Shown here in pieces: positions 9,291 through 19,628 of a stretch of DNA of 50,275 nucleotides; within the stretch, counting starts at the first letter, position 1, and each line of letters opens with the position of its first letter. Both the position numbers and the translations under genes were made by a program. The stretch lies in contig JAYVKR010000206.1 of NCBI GenBank assembly GCA_043768185.1, positions 1-50,275 on the forward strand, read 5' to 3'. A model generated the notes under the pieces. The model was not told the origin of the DNA, ran no database searches, and saw only the letters and a program-made list of their open reading frames with translations. The stretch is from Flavobacterium sp. GTDB lineage: Bacteria; Bacteroidota; Bacteroidia; Flavobacteriales; Flavobacteriaceae.

Positions 9291-10022
9291 ATGACAGCAA
9301 AATATATAAAAGAAGACGCAAACGATGTTGTATTTAATCTTGAATACAATGCTGAAAGACCACATTTATTGATTCCAGAATATGGAAGGCATTTGCAAAA
9401 ATTGATAGATCAAGCTACAGAAATTAAAGACGATGTAGAACGCAATAAAGCTGCAAAATATATTATTCAGGTAATGGGAAGTTTAAACCCACACTTGCGT
9501 GATGTACTGGATTTTCAGCATAAATTGTGGGATCAGTTGTTTATAATGTCTGATTTTAAACTAGTTGCCGATTCGCCTTACCCAATTCCAACACGAGATG
9601 TAATTCATTTACGTCCAGAAATTTTAAGTTATCCTCAAAAATATCCAAAATATAGATTTTATGGAAATAACATAAAATTTATGATAGACGTTGCCAATAA
9701 ATGGGAAGAAGGCGAAATGAAAAGTGCCTTGATAAAAGTTATTGCCAACCATATGAAAAAATCGTACTTGAGTTGGAATAAAGATATGGTTGAAGATTCG
9801 GTAATTTTTGAACATCTATTTGAACTTTCTGGTGGAAAATTAAACTTATTACAAAGCGAAGAAGAGCTTACTACGACAACAGATTTAATTAGAACCAACA
9901 AAAAAATATCTAATAAAACACTTTTACCACAACAAAAGAATTTAAAAATTCAGGCGTTTAAAAAACCTCAAGCTGGTAAAAAACCGTTTGTGAAAAATAA
10001 TAATAATAATTCGAAAGCTTAA
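9291..10022 (+). CDS. DUF4290 domain protein
   Basis: LEYN.ER..L.IPEYGR, HKLWDQL motifs; position upstream of murA. Confidence 0.85.
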   Translation: MTAKYIKEDANDVVFNLEYNAERPHLLIPEYGRHLQKLIDQATEIKDDVERNKAAKYIIQVMGSLNPHLRDVLDFQHKLWDQLFIMSDFKLVADSPYPIPTRDVIHLRPEILSYPQKYPKYRFYGNNIKFMIDVANKWEEGEMKSALIKVIANHMKKSYLSWNKDMVEDSVIFEHLFELSGGKLNLLQSEEELTTTTDLIRTNKKISNKTLLPQQKNLKIQAFKKPQAGKKPFVKNNNNNSKA

Positions 10023-10023
10023 T

Positions 10024-10135
10024 TTGTATATTGTATAATGTAAAATTGTAAATCAGTTATACATTATACAATTTTTACATTATACAGTTTTTACATTATG
10101 CAATTTTTACATTATACAATTTTTACATTATACAG
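10024..10135. repeat. 16-bp tandem repeat TACATTATACAATTTT (about 4.7 copies) preceded by an inverted copy
   Basis: Copies start at 10060, 10076, 10092, 10108, 10124; TTGTATAATGTAAAA at 10031 is the reverse complement. Confidence 0.85.
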
Positions 10136-10145
10136 AAAATAAACT

Positions 10146-11459
10146 ATGGGAACTTTTAAAATTGAAGGCGGAATTCAACTAAAAGGTGATGTTACACCAC
10201 AAGGCGCTAAAAATGAAGCGTTACAAATACTTTGCGCTGTATTATTAACGCCAGAAAAAATTACAATTAGTAACATTCCAGATATTATTGATGTAAATAA
10301 ATTAATAACATTATTAAAAAACTTAGGTGTAAAAATTGAAAAAATTGCACACGGAAGTTATACTTTTCAAGCAGATGATGTAAATGTTGGTTATCTAGAA
10401 ACTGAAGCTTTTAAAAAAGAAGGCGGAAGTTTACGTGGTTCTATTATGATTGTTGGTCCGCTTTTAGCACGATTTGGAAAAGGATATATTCCAAAACCTG
10501 GTGGCGATAAAATAGGTAGAAGAAGATTAGACACACACTTTGAAGGATTTATAAATCTTGGAGCAAAATTTAGATACAACAGAGAAGATCATTTTTATGG
10601 TGTAGAAACCGATGGTAAATTAAAAGGAGCATTTATGTTGCTTGATGAAGCATCTGTAACTGGAACTGCCAATATTGTAATGGCAGCAGTTCTTGCAGAA
10701 GGAACAACTACAATTTATAACGCTGCTTGCGAACCATACTTGCAACAACTTTGCAAAATGATGAACGCAATGGGAGCAAAGGTTAGTGGCATTGGTTCTA
10801 ACTTATTAACTATTGAAGGTGTAGATTCTCTTGGTGGTTGCGAGCACAGAATTTTGCCAGACATGATAGAAATTGGTTCTTGGATTGGTCTTGCTGCCAT
10901 GACTAAAAGTGAAATTACTATTAAAAATGTATCTTGGGATAATCTTGGTGTAATACCAAATGTTTTTAGAAAACTTGGAATTACAATAGAAAGAAAAGGC
11001 GATGATATTTATATTCCTGCGCATCTAGATGGTTATGAAATTAAAACCGATATTGATGGTTCCATTTTAACAGTTGCCGATGCACCTTGGCCTGGATTTA
11101 CTCCAGATTTATTGAGTATTGTTTTGGTTGTTGCCACACAATCTAAAGGTGATGTTTTAATTCACCAAAAAATGTTTGAAAGTAGATTGTTTTTTGTTGA
11201 CAAACTAATAGATATGGGTGCAAAAATTATGCTTTGCGATCCACACAGAGCTGTAGTTATGGGACACAATTTTGAGTCGCAACTTAAAGCTACCACAATG
11301 AGTTCGCCAGATATTAGAGCTGGAATTTCTTTATTGATAGCAGCACTTTCTGCTAAAGGAACTAGTATAATTCAAAATAGTGAGCAAATAGATAGAGGTT
11401 ACGAAAGAATAGACGAACGTCTTCGTGCTCTTGGTGCTAATATTGTTAGAGAAGATTAA
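10146..11459 (+). CDS. murA: UDP-N-acetylglucosamine 1-carboxyvinyltransferase
   Basis: GAKNEAL, PGGDKIGRR (Asp at the catalytic Cys position), PWPGFTPD, DIRAG, IDRGYE. Confidence 0.96.
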   Translation: MGTFKIEGGIQLKGDVTPQGAKNEALQILCAVLLTPEKITISNIPDIIDVNKLITLLKNLGVKIEKIAHGSYTFQADDVNVGYLETEAFKKEGGSLRGSIMIVGPLLARFGKGYIPKPGGDKIGRRRLDTHFEGFINLGAKFRYNREDHFYGVETDGKLKGAFMLLDEASVTGTANIVMAAVLAEGTTTIYNAACEPYLQQLCKMMNAMGAKVSGIGSNLLTIEGVDSLGGCEHRILPDMIEIGSWIGLAAMTKSEITIKNVSWDNLGVIPNVFRKLGITIERKGDDIYIPAHLDGYEIKTDIDGSILTVADAPWPGFTPDLLSIVLVVATQSKGDVLIHQKMFESRLFFVDKLIDMGAKIMLCDPHRAVVMGHNFESQLKATTMSSPDIRAGISLLIAALSAKGTSIIQNSEQIDRGYERIDERLRALGANIVRED

Positions 11460-11478
11460 TTTTATTTATCTAAAATTT

Positions 11479-11519
11479 AAAATCCCAATCTTTAAAATTG
11501 TTAAAGATTGGGATTTTTT
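11479..11519. terminator. Bidirectional terminator between murA and the convergent gene
   Basis: AAAATCCCAATCTTTAA...TTAAAGATTGGGATTTT inverted repeat. Confidence 0.85.
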
Positions 11520-11534
11520 ACTATTTAATTTTTT

Positions 11535-14009
11535 CTACTCTAAAACATTCAAGAATTTCAATCCAAAAACAACTCCATCAGTCACTAATCCGTTTTGGTA
11601 GGAACGAACATAATCAAATCTAAACAACCTGAATTTTCCAAAACCTAAATTGTCTAAACCAACTGAAAATTCTTGGTATGGTTTTCTATCTGGCACAGCT
11701 AAATTATGAAACCCCAAAACCAATTGCGATTTTAATTTGTTCAATAACGGAATTTTATTCATTAAAAATCCTCTATCATTATGCTCTGCGTGAAACTCTA
11801 AATAACTATCATTTGTACTTGCAACATAATAAGGTAAAAGATTAAAAACATTGGTGTAACTGTCACTTTGACCAATGTGAGTTTGATTTCCGTTAAAATG
11901 TTTATAATCTACAAAAGCAATGTTATCAGCATTAAAGAATTTACCTGCTTTAAAATTTAGTTGCAAATCGCCTTTATTTCCTAATCTAAATTCTTTTGTA
12001 ATTCGTGTTGATAGTAAATCAAACTCATATTTTTTATCAGTTGCTGCAAATGCTTTTTCATAACCAATAGAAATATTTGGATATTTATCGTTGCCAATAT
12101 TAAATTTTCCGTCTGGACGTGTCCAATATTTTTGTCCAAATTTAATTCTAGCAACCAATGAAGTTTTAAATAAATTGTGTTTGTCAAATGTTGGCGTTAC
12201 AAAATCATTTGGTGCCAACGGATTATTAGAACTATAAACATCATCTGTTTTTGCAGAAGCAAAATTGGTGGTATTAAATAACTGTTTTCTTTCTGCATAT
12301 TCTGCATTTAAATTTAAGTTTAATCCGTTTATAATTTCTCTTCCAAAATTTATTGAAATTGCATTTTTTTCATACAACTTCATAAAATTATTTTTAAAAG
12401 CTAACGAACTTACACTATTTATATTTTTCGAAATAGGATTTGTAGCATTAAATTGATTAATTGTACTACCAACATTAATGCTTAAAATACTATTGTTTTT
12501 ATTGTTGAATTTAGAAAAATAATATCCAGAAACTCTTAGTTTTTTTTCTGAAAATCCGTAGTCAAATTTAGAACCAATTCTACTGTAGGTTCTCTTTTCT
12601 TCATTTCTAGTTCCATAAGAAATTCCGGTATGTGTATTCCAACCTTGCACTGTGTTGAAAGAGGTATTCAATAATAGTCCATCATAATTTACAGACCATT
12701 TTTTATACGAATTACTATAAGAATATCCCATTATTACATCTGCTAATCCAAATTTATTTCTTTTGACATCGATAGAATCTAAATATTTTTGAGATTTTTT
12801 CTTTTCTTGTAACGCATCTTTTTTAATATAATCTGTACTTTCTTCTATAGTTAAAGGAACAGGACGAATGGTTTCCCAAAATGCATCTTCTTTTTTATTG
12901 GCGTTTTCTTCAAATTTTAAAACTTCACTAGTAAAAGTTTTCTTTTCAAATTTTTCTGGAAATTCAAAATTAGAATATACGTGAGTGAATTTTCCACTAA
13001 AGTTAAATCCTAATAAACCTGCTTCAAATTCAATAGTTTGCGTATTTTTTATCCAAGTTTTGGTAATGGTATTGTAACTAAAATTTTGTTTTAAAGCCAA
13101 ATTATTCAACGCAGGATTTTGCATCTGACTTCCTTTTATGGCTAAATCTATTCCATATATTGCAAACGAATCGTCTACAATATAGATAAATCCATTCATT
13201 ACAGGTTCGGTTTCACGCTTTGGTGTAACTTTAATTTTATAAATTAATTGGTTGTTTTCGTCAAAGAATGATCCATCAATTTTATATTTATAATAATTAA
13301 ATGCACCATCAGCAATTGGCGAAATTACTTTTACGTCAAAGTCTAAATAATTTTCGTAAAAATCAAAATTTACATCGGCAGCATTATTAAAACTAAAACC
13401 ATTATCGTTTCCACTCACTTTAGAAGCAATAATAACTTCTTTCATTTTATCTGGTTTTTGAAACGTAATTTTAGAAACCGTTTCCGATAAATATAAAATA
13501 CCACTTCTGGTAGAATCTATTACTTCATCAAACATATCAACTTTTTGTCCTAAGATGGATTTAGGTAAATTCTTAACTCTAAAAATTCCTCTAGAGTAAA
13601 AATCGGCTTTGTATTTATTAGCATTTTTAGAATTTTCTTTTCTGTTTGCAATTGCTTTTTTAATAATGACATTGGCTGGATTTTCTTTGGTATTTATTAC
13701 AACTTCATTCAATTGAAAATCTTCTTCCTCCAATATAATAGATAATGTTATTAAATTGTTTTCAAAATTTACTATTTCTTTGTGCGTTTTATATCCTAAA
13801 TATTGAAATAAAATGGTGTAACTATCAGTTTTTTTAAGGTTTAATTCAAATTTTCCTAACTCGTTAGACGTTGTGCTTGTGTAGGTGTCTTTTACATAAA
13901 TATTTGCAAATGCAATTGGATTTCCTTTGTTGTCATTAACAGAACCTTTAATTTGAGAGAATGAAATGGCGAAAAATAACAAAAATAGGAGTGTAGAAAT
14001 TTTTTTCAT
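11535..14009 (-). CDS. Outer-membrane protein, carboxypeptidase-regulatory-like plus DUF5686 domains
   Basis: Signal peptide, IKGSV.D..G.PI.FANI...YLGYKT domain, ISPIAD, FWETIRPVPLT. Confidence 0.8.
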   Translation of the reverse strand: MKKISTLLFLLFFAISFSQIKGSVNDNKGNPIAFANIYVKDTYTSTTSNELGKFELNLKKTDSYTILFQYLGYKTHKEIVNFENNLITLSIILEEEDFQLNEVVINTKENPANVIIKKAIANRKENSKNANKYKADFYSRGIFRVKNLPKSILGQKVDMFDEVIDSTRSGILYLSETVSKITFQKPDKMKEVIIASKVSGNDNGFSFNNAADVNFDFYENYLDFDVKVISPIADGAFNYYKYKIDGSFFDENNQLIYKIKVTPKRETEPVMNGFIYIVDDSFAIYGIDLAIKGSQMQNPALNNLALKQNFSYNTITKTWIKNTQTIEFEAGLLGFNFSGKFTHVYSNFEFPEKFEKKTFTSEVLKFEENANKKEDAFWETIRPVPLTIEESTDYIKKDALQEKKKSQKYLDSIDVKRNKFGLADVIMGYSYSNSYKKWSVNYDGLLLNTSFNTVQGWNTHTGISYGTRNEEKRTYSRIGSKFDYGFSEKKLRVSGYYFSKFNNKNNSILSINVGSTINQFNATNPISKNINSVSSLAFKNNFMKLYEKNAISINFGREIINGLNLNLNAEYAERKQLFNTTNFASAKTDDVYSSNNPLAPNDFVTPTFDKHNLFKTSLVARIKFGQKYWTRPDGKFNIGNDKYPNISIGYEKAFAATDKKYEFDLLSTRITKEFRLGNKGDLQLNFKAGKFFNADNIAFVDYKHFNGNQTHIGQSDSYTNVFNLLPYYVASTNDSYLEFHAEHNDRGFLMNKIPLLNKLKSQLVLGFHNLAVPDRKPYQEFSVGLDNLGFGKFRLFRFDYVRSYQNGLVTDGVVFGLKFLNVLE

Positions 14010-14060
14010 AAATTGGTTTTAAGGTATAGACGAGAATAAATGTGAAATGGTTGTATGAAA

Positions 14061-14480
14061 TTAAAGAAAAGATTTCAAAGCCAATTCGTAACTTTTTAAT
14101 CCAAAGCCAAGAATAACACCTTTTGCATTGGCAGCAATAAACGATTGATGGCGAAATTCTTCTCTAGAAAAAGTATTAGAAATATGAACTTCAATTACAG
14201 GTGTTTCTATTGCTTTTACTGCATCGCCAATTCCTATAGAAGTATGAGTGTAAGCTGCGGCGTTAAGGATTATTCCATCATAAGTAAAGCCAACTTCTTG
14301 AATTTTATTGATTAATTCGCCTTCAATATTACTTTGAAAATAGGATAATTCAACTTGAGGAAAATTATTTTGTAGTAATTGGAAGTAGGTTTCAAAAGAT
14401 TCACTTCCATAAATAGTAGGTTCTCTTTTGCCTAATAAGTTTAAATTGGGTCCGTTTATTATAATTATTTTCATTTGCAA
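14061..14480 (-). CDS. aroQ: Type II 3-dehydroquinate dehydratase
   Basis: NGPNLNLLGKREPTIYG, NAAAYTHTS, EVHISN. Confidence 0.97.
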   Translation of the reverse strand: MQMKIIIINGPNLNLLGKREPTIYGSESFETYFQLLQNNFPQVELSYFQSNIEGELINKIQEVGFTYDGIILNAAAYTHTSIGIGDAVKAIETPVIEVHISNTFSREEFRHQSFIAANAKGVILGFGLKSYELALKSFL

Positions 14481-14843
14481 ATTGGTTTGTGTAAAAATAA
14501 AATAACTAGATTTAAATTAGCAATAATTTTGTTAAAAATGATGAAAAGTTATTTTATTATTTTTTTCTATAATAAATTCAATTTATTGTATTATTTGTAA
14601 TAAACGGTTTACATTAAAGTCAAAATTTATTAGATTTGTTTATTTTTATTAATAAAATTTAGTATGTTATTGAATGATTAGCAGTTCACTTATTAACAAA
14701 TTATATTGTTAATTCACATTAATACAAGAGATTAAGTAAGTATTTTCGAAATTAATATTGTTAATAACTAAAATAAAAGTAAGTATTGCATCAAATGTTA
14801 ATACAATTACATTTGTAGTATTAATTTTAAACAAAATAATAAC

Positions 14844-15407
14844 ATGAAAAAATTATTTATTGCAGCTGTACTTTTAGCTGGTGTTAGTCTTACAAATGCT
14901 CAAGACATGAAATTTGGAGCAAAAGCAGGTTTAAATATTTCTAGTTTAACTGGAGATGTATCTGATCTTAAAAGTAAAATTGGGTTTCAAGTTGGAGCTT
15001 TTGGAGAATTTAAAGTTTCTGATAAATTTGCAATTCAACCAGAATTACTTTTTACAAGTCTTGGTGCTAAATCTGACAGTTCACCTGCTGAAACATTAAG
15101 TCTTGGTTACATTGCAATACCAGTTATGGCAAAATATTTTGTATCAGACAAATTTGCACTAGAACTTGGACCACAACTTGGTTTTTTAATTTCTGCTAAA
15201 TCTAAATTTGACGGAAATTCACAAGATGTAAAAGATAGTTTCAATTCAACAGATTTTGGAATGAATCTTGGAGCTGGTTATGATGTTGCAGAAAACATTA
15301 ATTTGGGTTTAAGATACACTTTTGGACTAAGTAATGTATTAAAAGATTCAGGAACTTTCAAAGCACAAAATTCTAACTTTGCACTTGCATTGGGTTACAA
15401 ATTCTAG
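14844..15407 (+). CDS. Outer-membrane beta-barrel (porin family)
   Basis: Signal peptide, FGAKAGLN, IQPELLF, C-terminal GYKF. Confidence 0.85.
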   Translation: MKKLFIAAVLLAGVSLTNAQDMKFGAKAGLNISSLTGDVSDLKSKIGFQVGAFGEFKVSDKFAIQPELLFTSLGAKSDSSPAETLSLGYIAIPVMAKYFVSDKFALELGPQLGFLISAKSKFDGNSQDVKDSFNSTDFGMNLGAGYDVAENINLGLRYTFGLSNVLKDSGTFKAQNSNFALALGYKF

Positions 15408-15429
15408 TAATTAAGAATTTTTTTTTATT

Positions 15430-15457
15430 AAAAACCACACAGTTTGTGTGGTTTTTT
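15430..15457 (+). terminator. Intrinsic terminator
   Basis: AAAACCACACA-GTT-TGTGTGGTTTTTT. Confidence 0.8.
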
Positions 15458-15818
15458 GTGTTTAAATAGTAGTAAAATTTAAACCATAATTTATTGCAAA
15501 ATAAATTTTTATTAAAATTTATAGTTAATAATTTTAAAATTGCGAATACTGCACAATTTGTAAAAATAATGTAGTGTATGTTCTACAAATAGATATTTAC
15601 CATTAGTAAATTATAGTATTTTAATGTTAAATTATTAAATTAAATGATAATTATTTCTTTATAAGTTATCATTATATTTAAATATAAAACTCTAAATACG
15701 AACTGTTTATATAATAATTTATGTTAATAACTTTGTTAACAACAATAAACTTGCTAAATTTTACTGTAAATTAATGAATATACCTTTGCACCATTAATTT
15801 TAAACAAAAATAATTAAG

Positions 15819-16493
15819 ATGAAAAAAATTTTTTTAACAGCAACAGCAGTTTTCGCATTTGGATTTGCTAATGCACAAGAGAAGAAAGAATCTACAGGAT
15901 TTGGATTTACAGAAGGAAATGTTTTAGTAGAAGGAAACTTAAGTTTTGGTTCAAGTACTGTAACAGATTCTTTTAACAGTAACGACCTTGAAGAAGTAAA
16001 GGAAAGTAACATGAGTTTTAACCCTAAAGTTGGTTATTTCTTTTCAGACAAATTTGCATTTGGTGTAGAATTAAATGTTCTTTCTGGTAAAACTGAAGAA
16101 ACTGTATTTGGTAATCCAAACGTAGTTACAGAGGAAAAACAAAATGGTATTGGTGCAGGAGTTTTTGCAAGATATTATTTTTTAAACTTAGGTCAAAGAT
16201 TTAAAACGTATACTGAAGCTAGTTTAGGTTTTGGTTCAATTAAAAGCGAACTTAATGGAACAGAAACTTCTAATGTTAGTGGTTTAGGTTTAAATTTTGA
16301 CTTAGGAATTAACTATTTTGTTACTGATAATATTGCAATTAACTTTGGTTTAGCAAATGTTTTAGGTTATAATAGTACTAAAGTAGAATTTCCAAATGGT
16401 GGAGAAGTTAAATCTAATGAGTTAAGTGGGAATTTTAATATTTTCAGAAACTTTTTCGAAACGCCAACTTTTGGTTTAACGTTCAAATTCTAA
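15819..16493 (+). CDS. Outer-membrane beta-barrel protein
   Basis: Signal peptide, FNPKVGYF, FARYYF, C-terminal Phe; TACCTTTG promoter motif at 15781. Confidence 0.85.
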   Translation: MKKIFLTATAVFAFGFANAQEKKESTGFGFTEGNVLVEGNLSFGSSTVTDSFNSNDLEEVKESNMSFNPKVGYFFSDKFAFGVELNVLSGKTEETVFGNPNVVTEEKQNGIGAGVFARYYFLNLGQRFKTYTEASLGFGSIKSELNGTETSNVSGLGLNFDLGINYFVTDNIAINFGLANVLGYNSTKVEFPNGGEVKSNELSGNFNIFRNFFETPTFGLTFKF

Positions 16494-16514
16494 TCTAAAT
16501 TTTAGATATATTTT

Positions 16515-16544
16515 AAACCACTCAAGAAATTGAGTGGTTTTTTT
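16515..16544 (+). terminator. Intrinsic terminator
   Basis: AAACCACTCAA-GAAA-TTGAGTGGTTTTTTT. Confidence 0.85.
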
Positions 16545-16573
16545 ATGCCATAAATTGTTGTTTCTTTGTAGTA

Positions 16574-17470
16574 ATGAATTGGAAAACCTACATAAAAAGC
16601 TATCAATCGTATCTTAAAATTGAACGTGGATTATCTCAAAATACTATAGATAATTACAGCTTGGATTTAGAACGACTTTGTCTATTTCTAGAACAAAATT
16701 TAATTGTAGTTTCTCCTGTAACTATTAATGAAGAAACTATTCAACAATTTATATATTCGGTTTCTAAAGAAGTTAATGCGCGTTCGCAAGCCAGAATTAT
16801 ATCAGGTTTAAAAAGTTTTTTTTCGTATTTAATTTTTGAAGATTATAGAACTTCTTCTCCAATGGAATTGATAGAAGCACCAAGATTAGGAAGAAAATTA
16901 CCAGATACTTTATCTATATCTGAAATTGATAATTTAATTAATGCCATAGATTTATCTAAACCAGAAGGCGAACGTAACAAAGCAATGCTAGAAACATTAT
17001 ATGGTTGTGGTTTGCGTGTTTCTGAACTTACAACACTAAAAATATCAGACTTATTCTTTGACGAAGGTTTTATTAAAATTACTGGTAAAGGAAATAAGCA
17101 ACGGTTCGTTCCTATTAGTGAAACTACAATGAAATTTATTAATCATTATAAAAATTTTGATAGAAAACATCTTACTATTCAAAAGAATTATGAAGATACA
17201 TTGTTCTTAAACCGAAGAGGAAAACAACTTACAAGAGCAATGATTTTTACCATTATAAAAGAATTAGCTATTAAAATTAATCTCAATAAAGCAATTTCTC
17301 CACACACATTTCGACATTCATTTGCTACACATTTATTAGAAAATGGTGCCGATTTAAGAGCTATTCAATTAATGCTTGGACACGAATCTATAACTACAAC
17401 CGAAATTTATGTTCACCTAGATAGGAAACATCTTACCCAAATTGTAAATACGTTTCATCCACGTAAATAA
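16574..17470 (+). CDS. xerD: Site-specific tyrosine recombinase XerD
   Basis: LYGCGLRVSEL, GKGNKQR, SPHTFRHSFATHLLENGADLR, LGHESITTTEIY. Confidence 0.9.
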   Translation: MNWKTYIKSYQSYLKIERGLSQNTIDNYSLDLERLCLFLEQNLIVVSPVTINEETIQQFIYSVSKEVNARSQARIISGLKSFFSYLIFEDYRTSSPMELIEAPRLGRKLPDTLSISEIDNLINAIDLSKPEGERNKAMLETLYGCGLRVSELTTLKISDLFFDEGFIKITGKGNKQRFVPISETTMKFINHYKNFDRKHLTIQKNYEDTLFLNRRGKQLTRAMIFTIIKELAIKINLNKAISPHTFRHSFATHLLENGADLRAIQLMLGHESITTTEIYVHLDRKHLTQIVNTFHPRK

Positions 17471-17526
17471 TTGTAGTTTCTTAACTACTGATTTTATTAG
17501 ATTTAACAATAATAATTTAAAAAATG

Positions 17527-17577
17527 ATGTATTTTGTCGGTAAAAGAAGTGGTTTATCGTCTTTTTTTATATATTTG
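17527..17577 (+). promoter_or_regulatory. Promoter: ATGTATTTTGTCG box plus Bacteroidota -7 element TATATTTG
   Basis: Box at 17527, -7 element at 17570; the same box and spacing recur at 21758 and 28031. Confidence 0.6.
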
Positions 17578-17641
17578 TTGCGTAAAGTAGTATTGGTCCC
17601 AAACTAAATTTTACTTTAATTTACTAACCTACCTACTAAAT

Positions 17642-19165
17642 ATGAGATCAAATTGGTACTCAGAAGATTACTTATTAGAAGAAAAAAACAGCTTTTACAG
17701 GAAGCTTTTAAACAAAATTCCAGATTTAATTTTTCAATTAAATATAAATCATATTAACGATTTTTATTTTTCTTATGTTAACAACAGTATAATTTCATTC
17801 TTAGAAATTACACAATCAGAATTAAAAGACAATCCACTAAAAATTATTTCTAGTAGAATTTTTCCAGATGATCTTGAAGGTTTTTTTGCCACATTATTTA
17901 AATCTAAAAAATCTGGTTTACCATGGTCGTATGAATTTAGAATTGTATTAGACAAAAAAGATATTACTTGGTTAAAAGTTGATGCCAATGTTGAAATAAG
18001 CAAAACTAAAGATTCTGTATTTTTTGGAAGATTGTCAGACATAACTATGATAAAAGAACGTGAGTTTAAAGTATCTAATTCTGAAGAACGATTTCATTTT
18101 GCCATGAAAGCTTCTAACAGCGGTGTTTGGGATTATAATGTTTCTAGTGGAGAAGTATATTTTTCTAAAGAATCATTAGCTATTATTCAATTTAATTTAG
18201 AAGATAATTTAAATACCAATGCACTTTGGGACGAAAGAATTCACCCAGAAGATTTAGATAATTATATAGAAAGTATAACTTCTCACAAAGAAAATAAAAC
18301 CACTTACTTCGAAAATTCTAAACGAGTTTTAGCCAAAGATGGTACTTATAGATGGGTTTTAAGTAGAGGTAAAATTATAGAAAGAGATAAAAATAACAAA
18401 CCTTTACGAATTATTGGCACGCATACAGATGTTACATTAGAGAAAGAAAGAGAAAACCATTTACTAGGTAATATTGATATTATAAATGCACAAAATAATA
18501 GATTGTTAAATTTTGCACATATAGTTTCACATAATTTAAGATCGCACACTGGGAATTTTAAAATGTTGTTAAATATTTTAGATAGCGATGACGATTTAGT
18601 TACGCGAGACGAATGTTTTAGTCATTTAAAATCTACTTCTAATGCACTTTCAGACACTATTGAGCATTTAAAAGAACTAGTTGATATACATTCTACAATA
18701 ATTCATAAAAGAGAAAAATTAAACTTAAAAATTTATTTAGACAGTACTTTAAGTATTTTAAGTAAAGAAATAAAGGATAACAATGTTGAGATTATTAATA
18801 ATGTAAACGAAAAACATTCAACCCATTTTAATCCAGCTTATTTAGAAAGTTTGTTTTTAAATTTTACAACCAATGCAATTAAATATTCGCATCCAAGTAG
18901 AGTTCCTGTAATAAGTTTTACATCAATTAAAGAAAAAAATAAATTAACTTTATTAATAAAAGATAACGGTTTGGGAATAAATTTAGAAAAATTTGGAGAA
19001 AAATTATTTGGTATGTATAAAACATTTCATAAAAATCCAAATGCTCGCGGAATAGGTTTGTTTATTACAAAAAATCAAATAGAATCTATGGGCGGAACTA
19101 TAGAAGTAGAAAGTAAAGTTAACGAAGGAAGCACTTTTAAAATAAATTTTAATGAAGAAGTATAA
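17642..19165 (+). CDS. Cytoplasmic PAS/PAC sensor histidine kinase (copy 1)
   Basis: Two PAS_3-like units (IFPDD, IHPED, WVLSRG, GTHTDVT), H-box IVSHNLRS, NAIKY, DNGLG, GIGL; no TM helix. Confidence 0.92.
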   Translation: MRSNWYSEDYLLEEKNSFYRKLLNKIPDLIFQLNINHINDFYFSYVNNSIISFLEITQSELKDNPLKIISSRIFPDDLEGFFATLFKSKKSGLPWSYEFRIVLDKKDITWLKVDANVEISKTKDSVFFGRLSDITMIKEREFKVSNSEERFHFAMKASNSGVWDYNVSSGEVYFSKESLAIIQFNLEDNLNTNALWDERIHPEDLDNYIESITSHKENKTTYFENSKRVLAKDGTYRWVLSRGKIIERDKNNKPLRIIGTHTDVTLEKERENHLLGNIDIINAQNNRLLNFAHIVSHNLRSHTGNFKMLLNILDSDDDLVTRDECFSHLKSTSNALSDTIEHLKELVDIHSTIIHKREKLNLKIYLDSTLSILSKEIKDNNVEIINNVNEKHSTHFNPAYLESLFLNFTTNAIKYSHPSRVPVISFTSIKEKNKLTLLIKDNGLGINLEKFGEKLFGMYKTFHKNPNARGIGLFITKNQIESMGGTIEVESKVNEGSTFKINFNEEV

Positions 19166-19535
19166 TTCTGTTTTTATTATAGATGATGATATTGTATTTC
19201 ATTTTATCATAAAAAAGTTATTTATAAAGAGTGATTTACATGTAAACACCAAATATTTTTTTAACGGATTAGAAGCAATTGAAGTTTTAAAAAATAGTGA
19301 GTTAGTACCAGATTTAATTTTACTAGACATAAATATGCCCATTTATGATGGCTGGCAATTTCTAGAAGAATTTAGAAATTTAAAAACAAGTTTAAATAAA
19401 AATATAGATGTTTTTTTAATTAGTTCTTCTAATGATATTTCAGATATTAATAAAGCTGCCCATTATAAAAACGAAGTTAAAAGATATTGCAATAAACCAT
19501 TAACCATATTAGAACTACAAAATATATTTAAATAA
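19152..19535 (+). CDS. Single-domain response regulator (copy 1)
   Basis: IIDDD, PDLILLDINMP, SSS, NKP; no output domain. Confidence 0.92.
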   Translation: MKKYNSVFIIDDDIVFHFIIKKLFIKSDLHVNTKYFFNGLEAIEVLKNSELVPDLILLDINMPIYDGWQFLEEFRNLKTSLNKNIDVFLISSSNDISDINKAAHYKNEVKRYCNKPLTILELQNIFK

Positions 19536-19628
19536 AGTTTAAAAATTTGGAGTAGAAATTCTACGGCTAAAAAAATTGTTATTACATATTATTTATTTCC
19601 TTTGCAAAACCTACTAACTAAATAAATA

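Noticed and set aside
16574-17470. xerD as the integrase of the RiPP island
   Set aside because: It has housekeeping XerD features; no att or dif-like repeats were seen flanking the block.
17596-17603. GTCCCAAA upstream of the first histidine kinase, matching the GTCCCAAATG start context of four precursors
   Set aside because: Only an 8-bp match at a different distance from the ATG; too weak to claim on its own.
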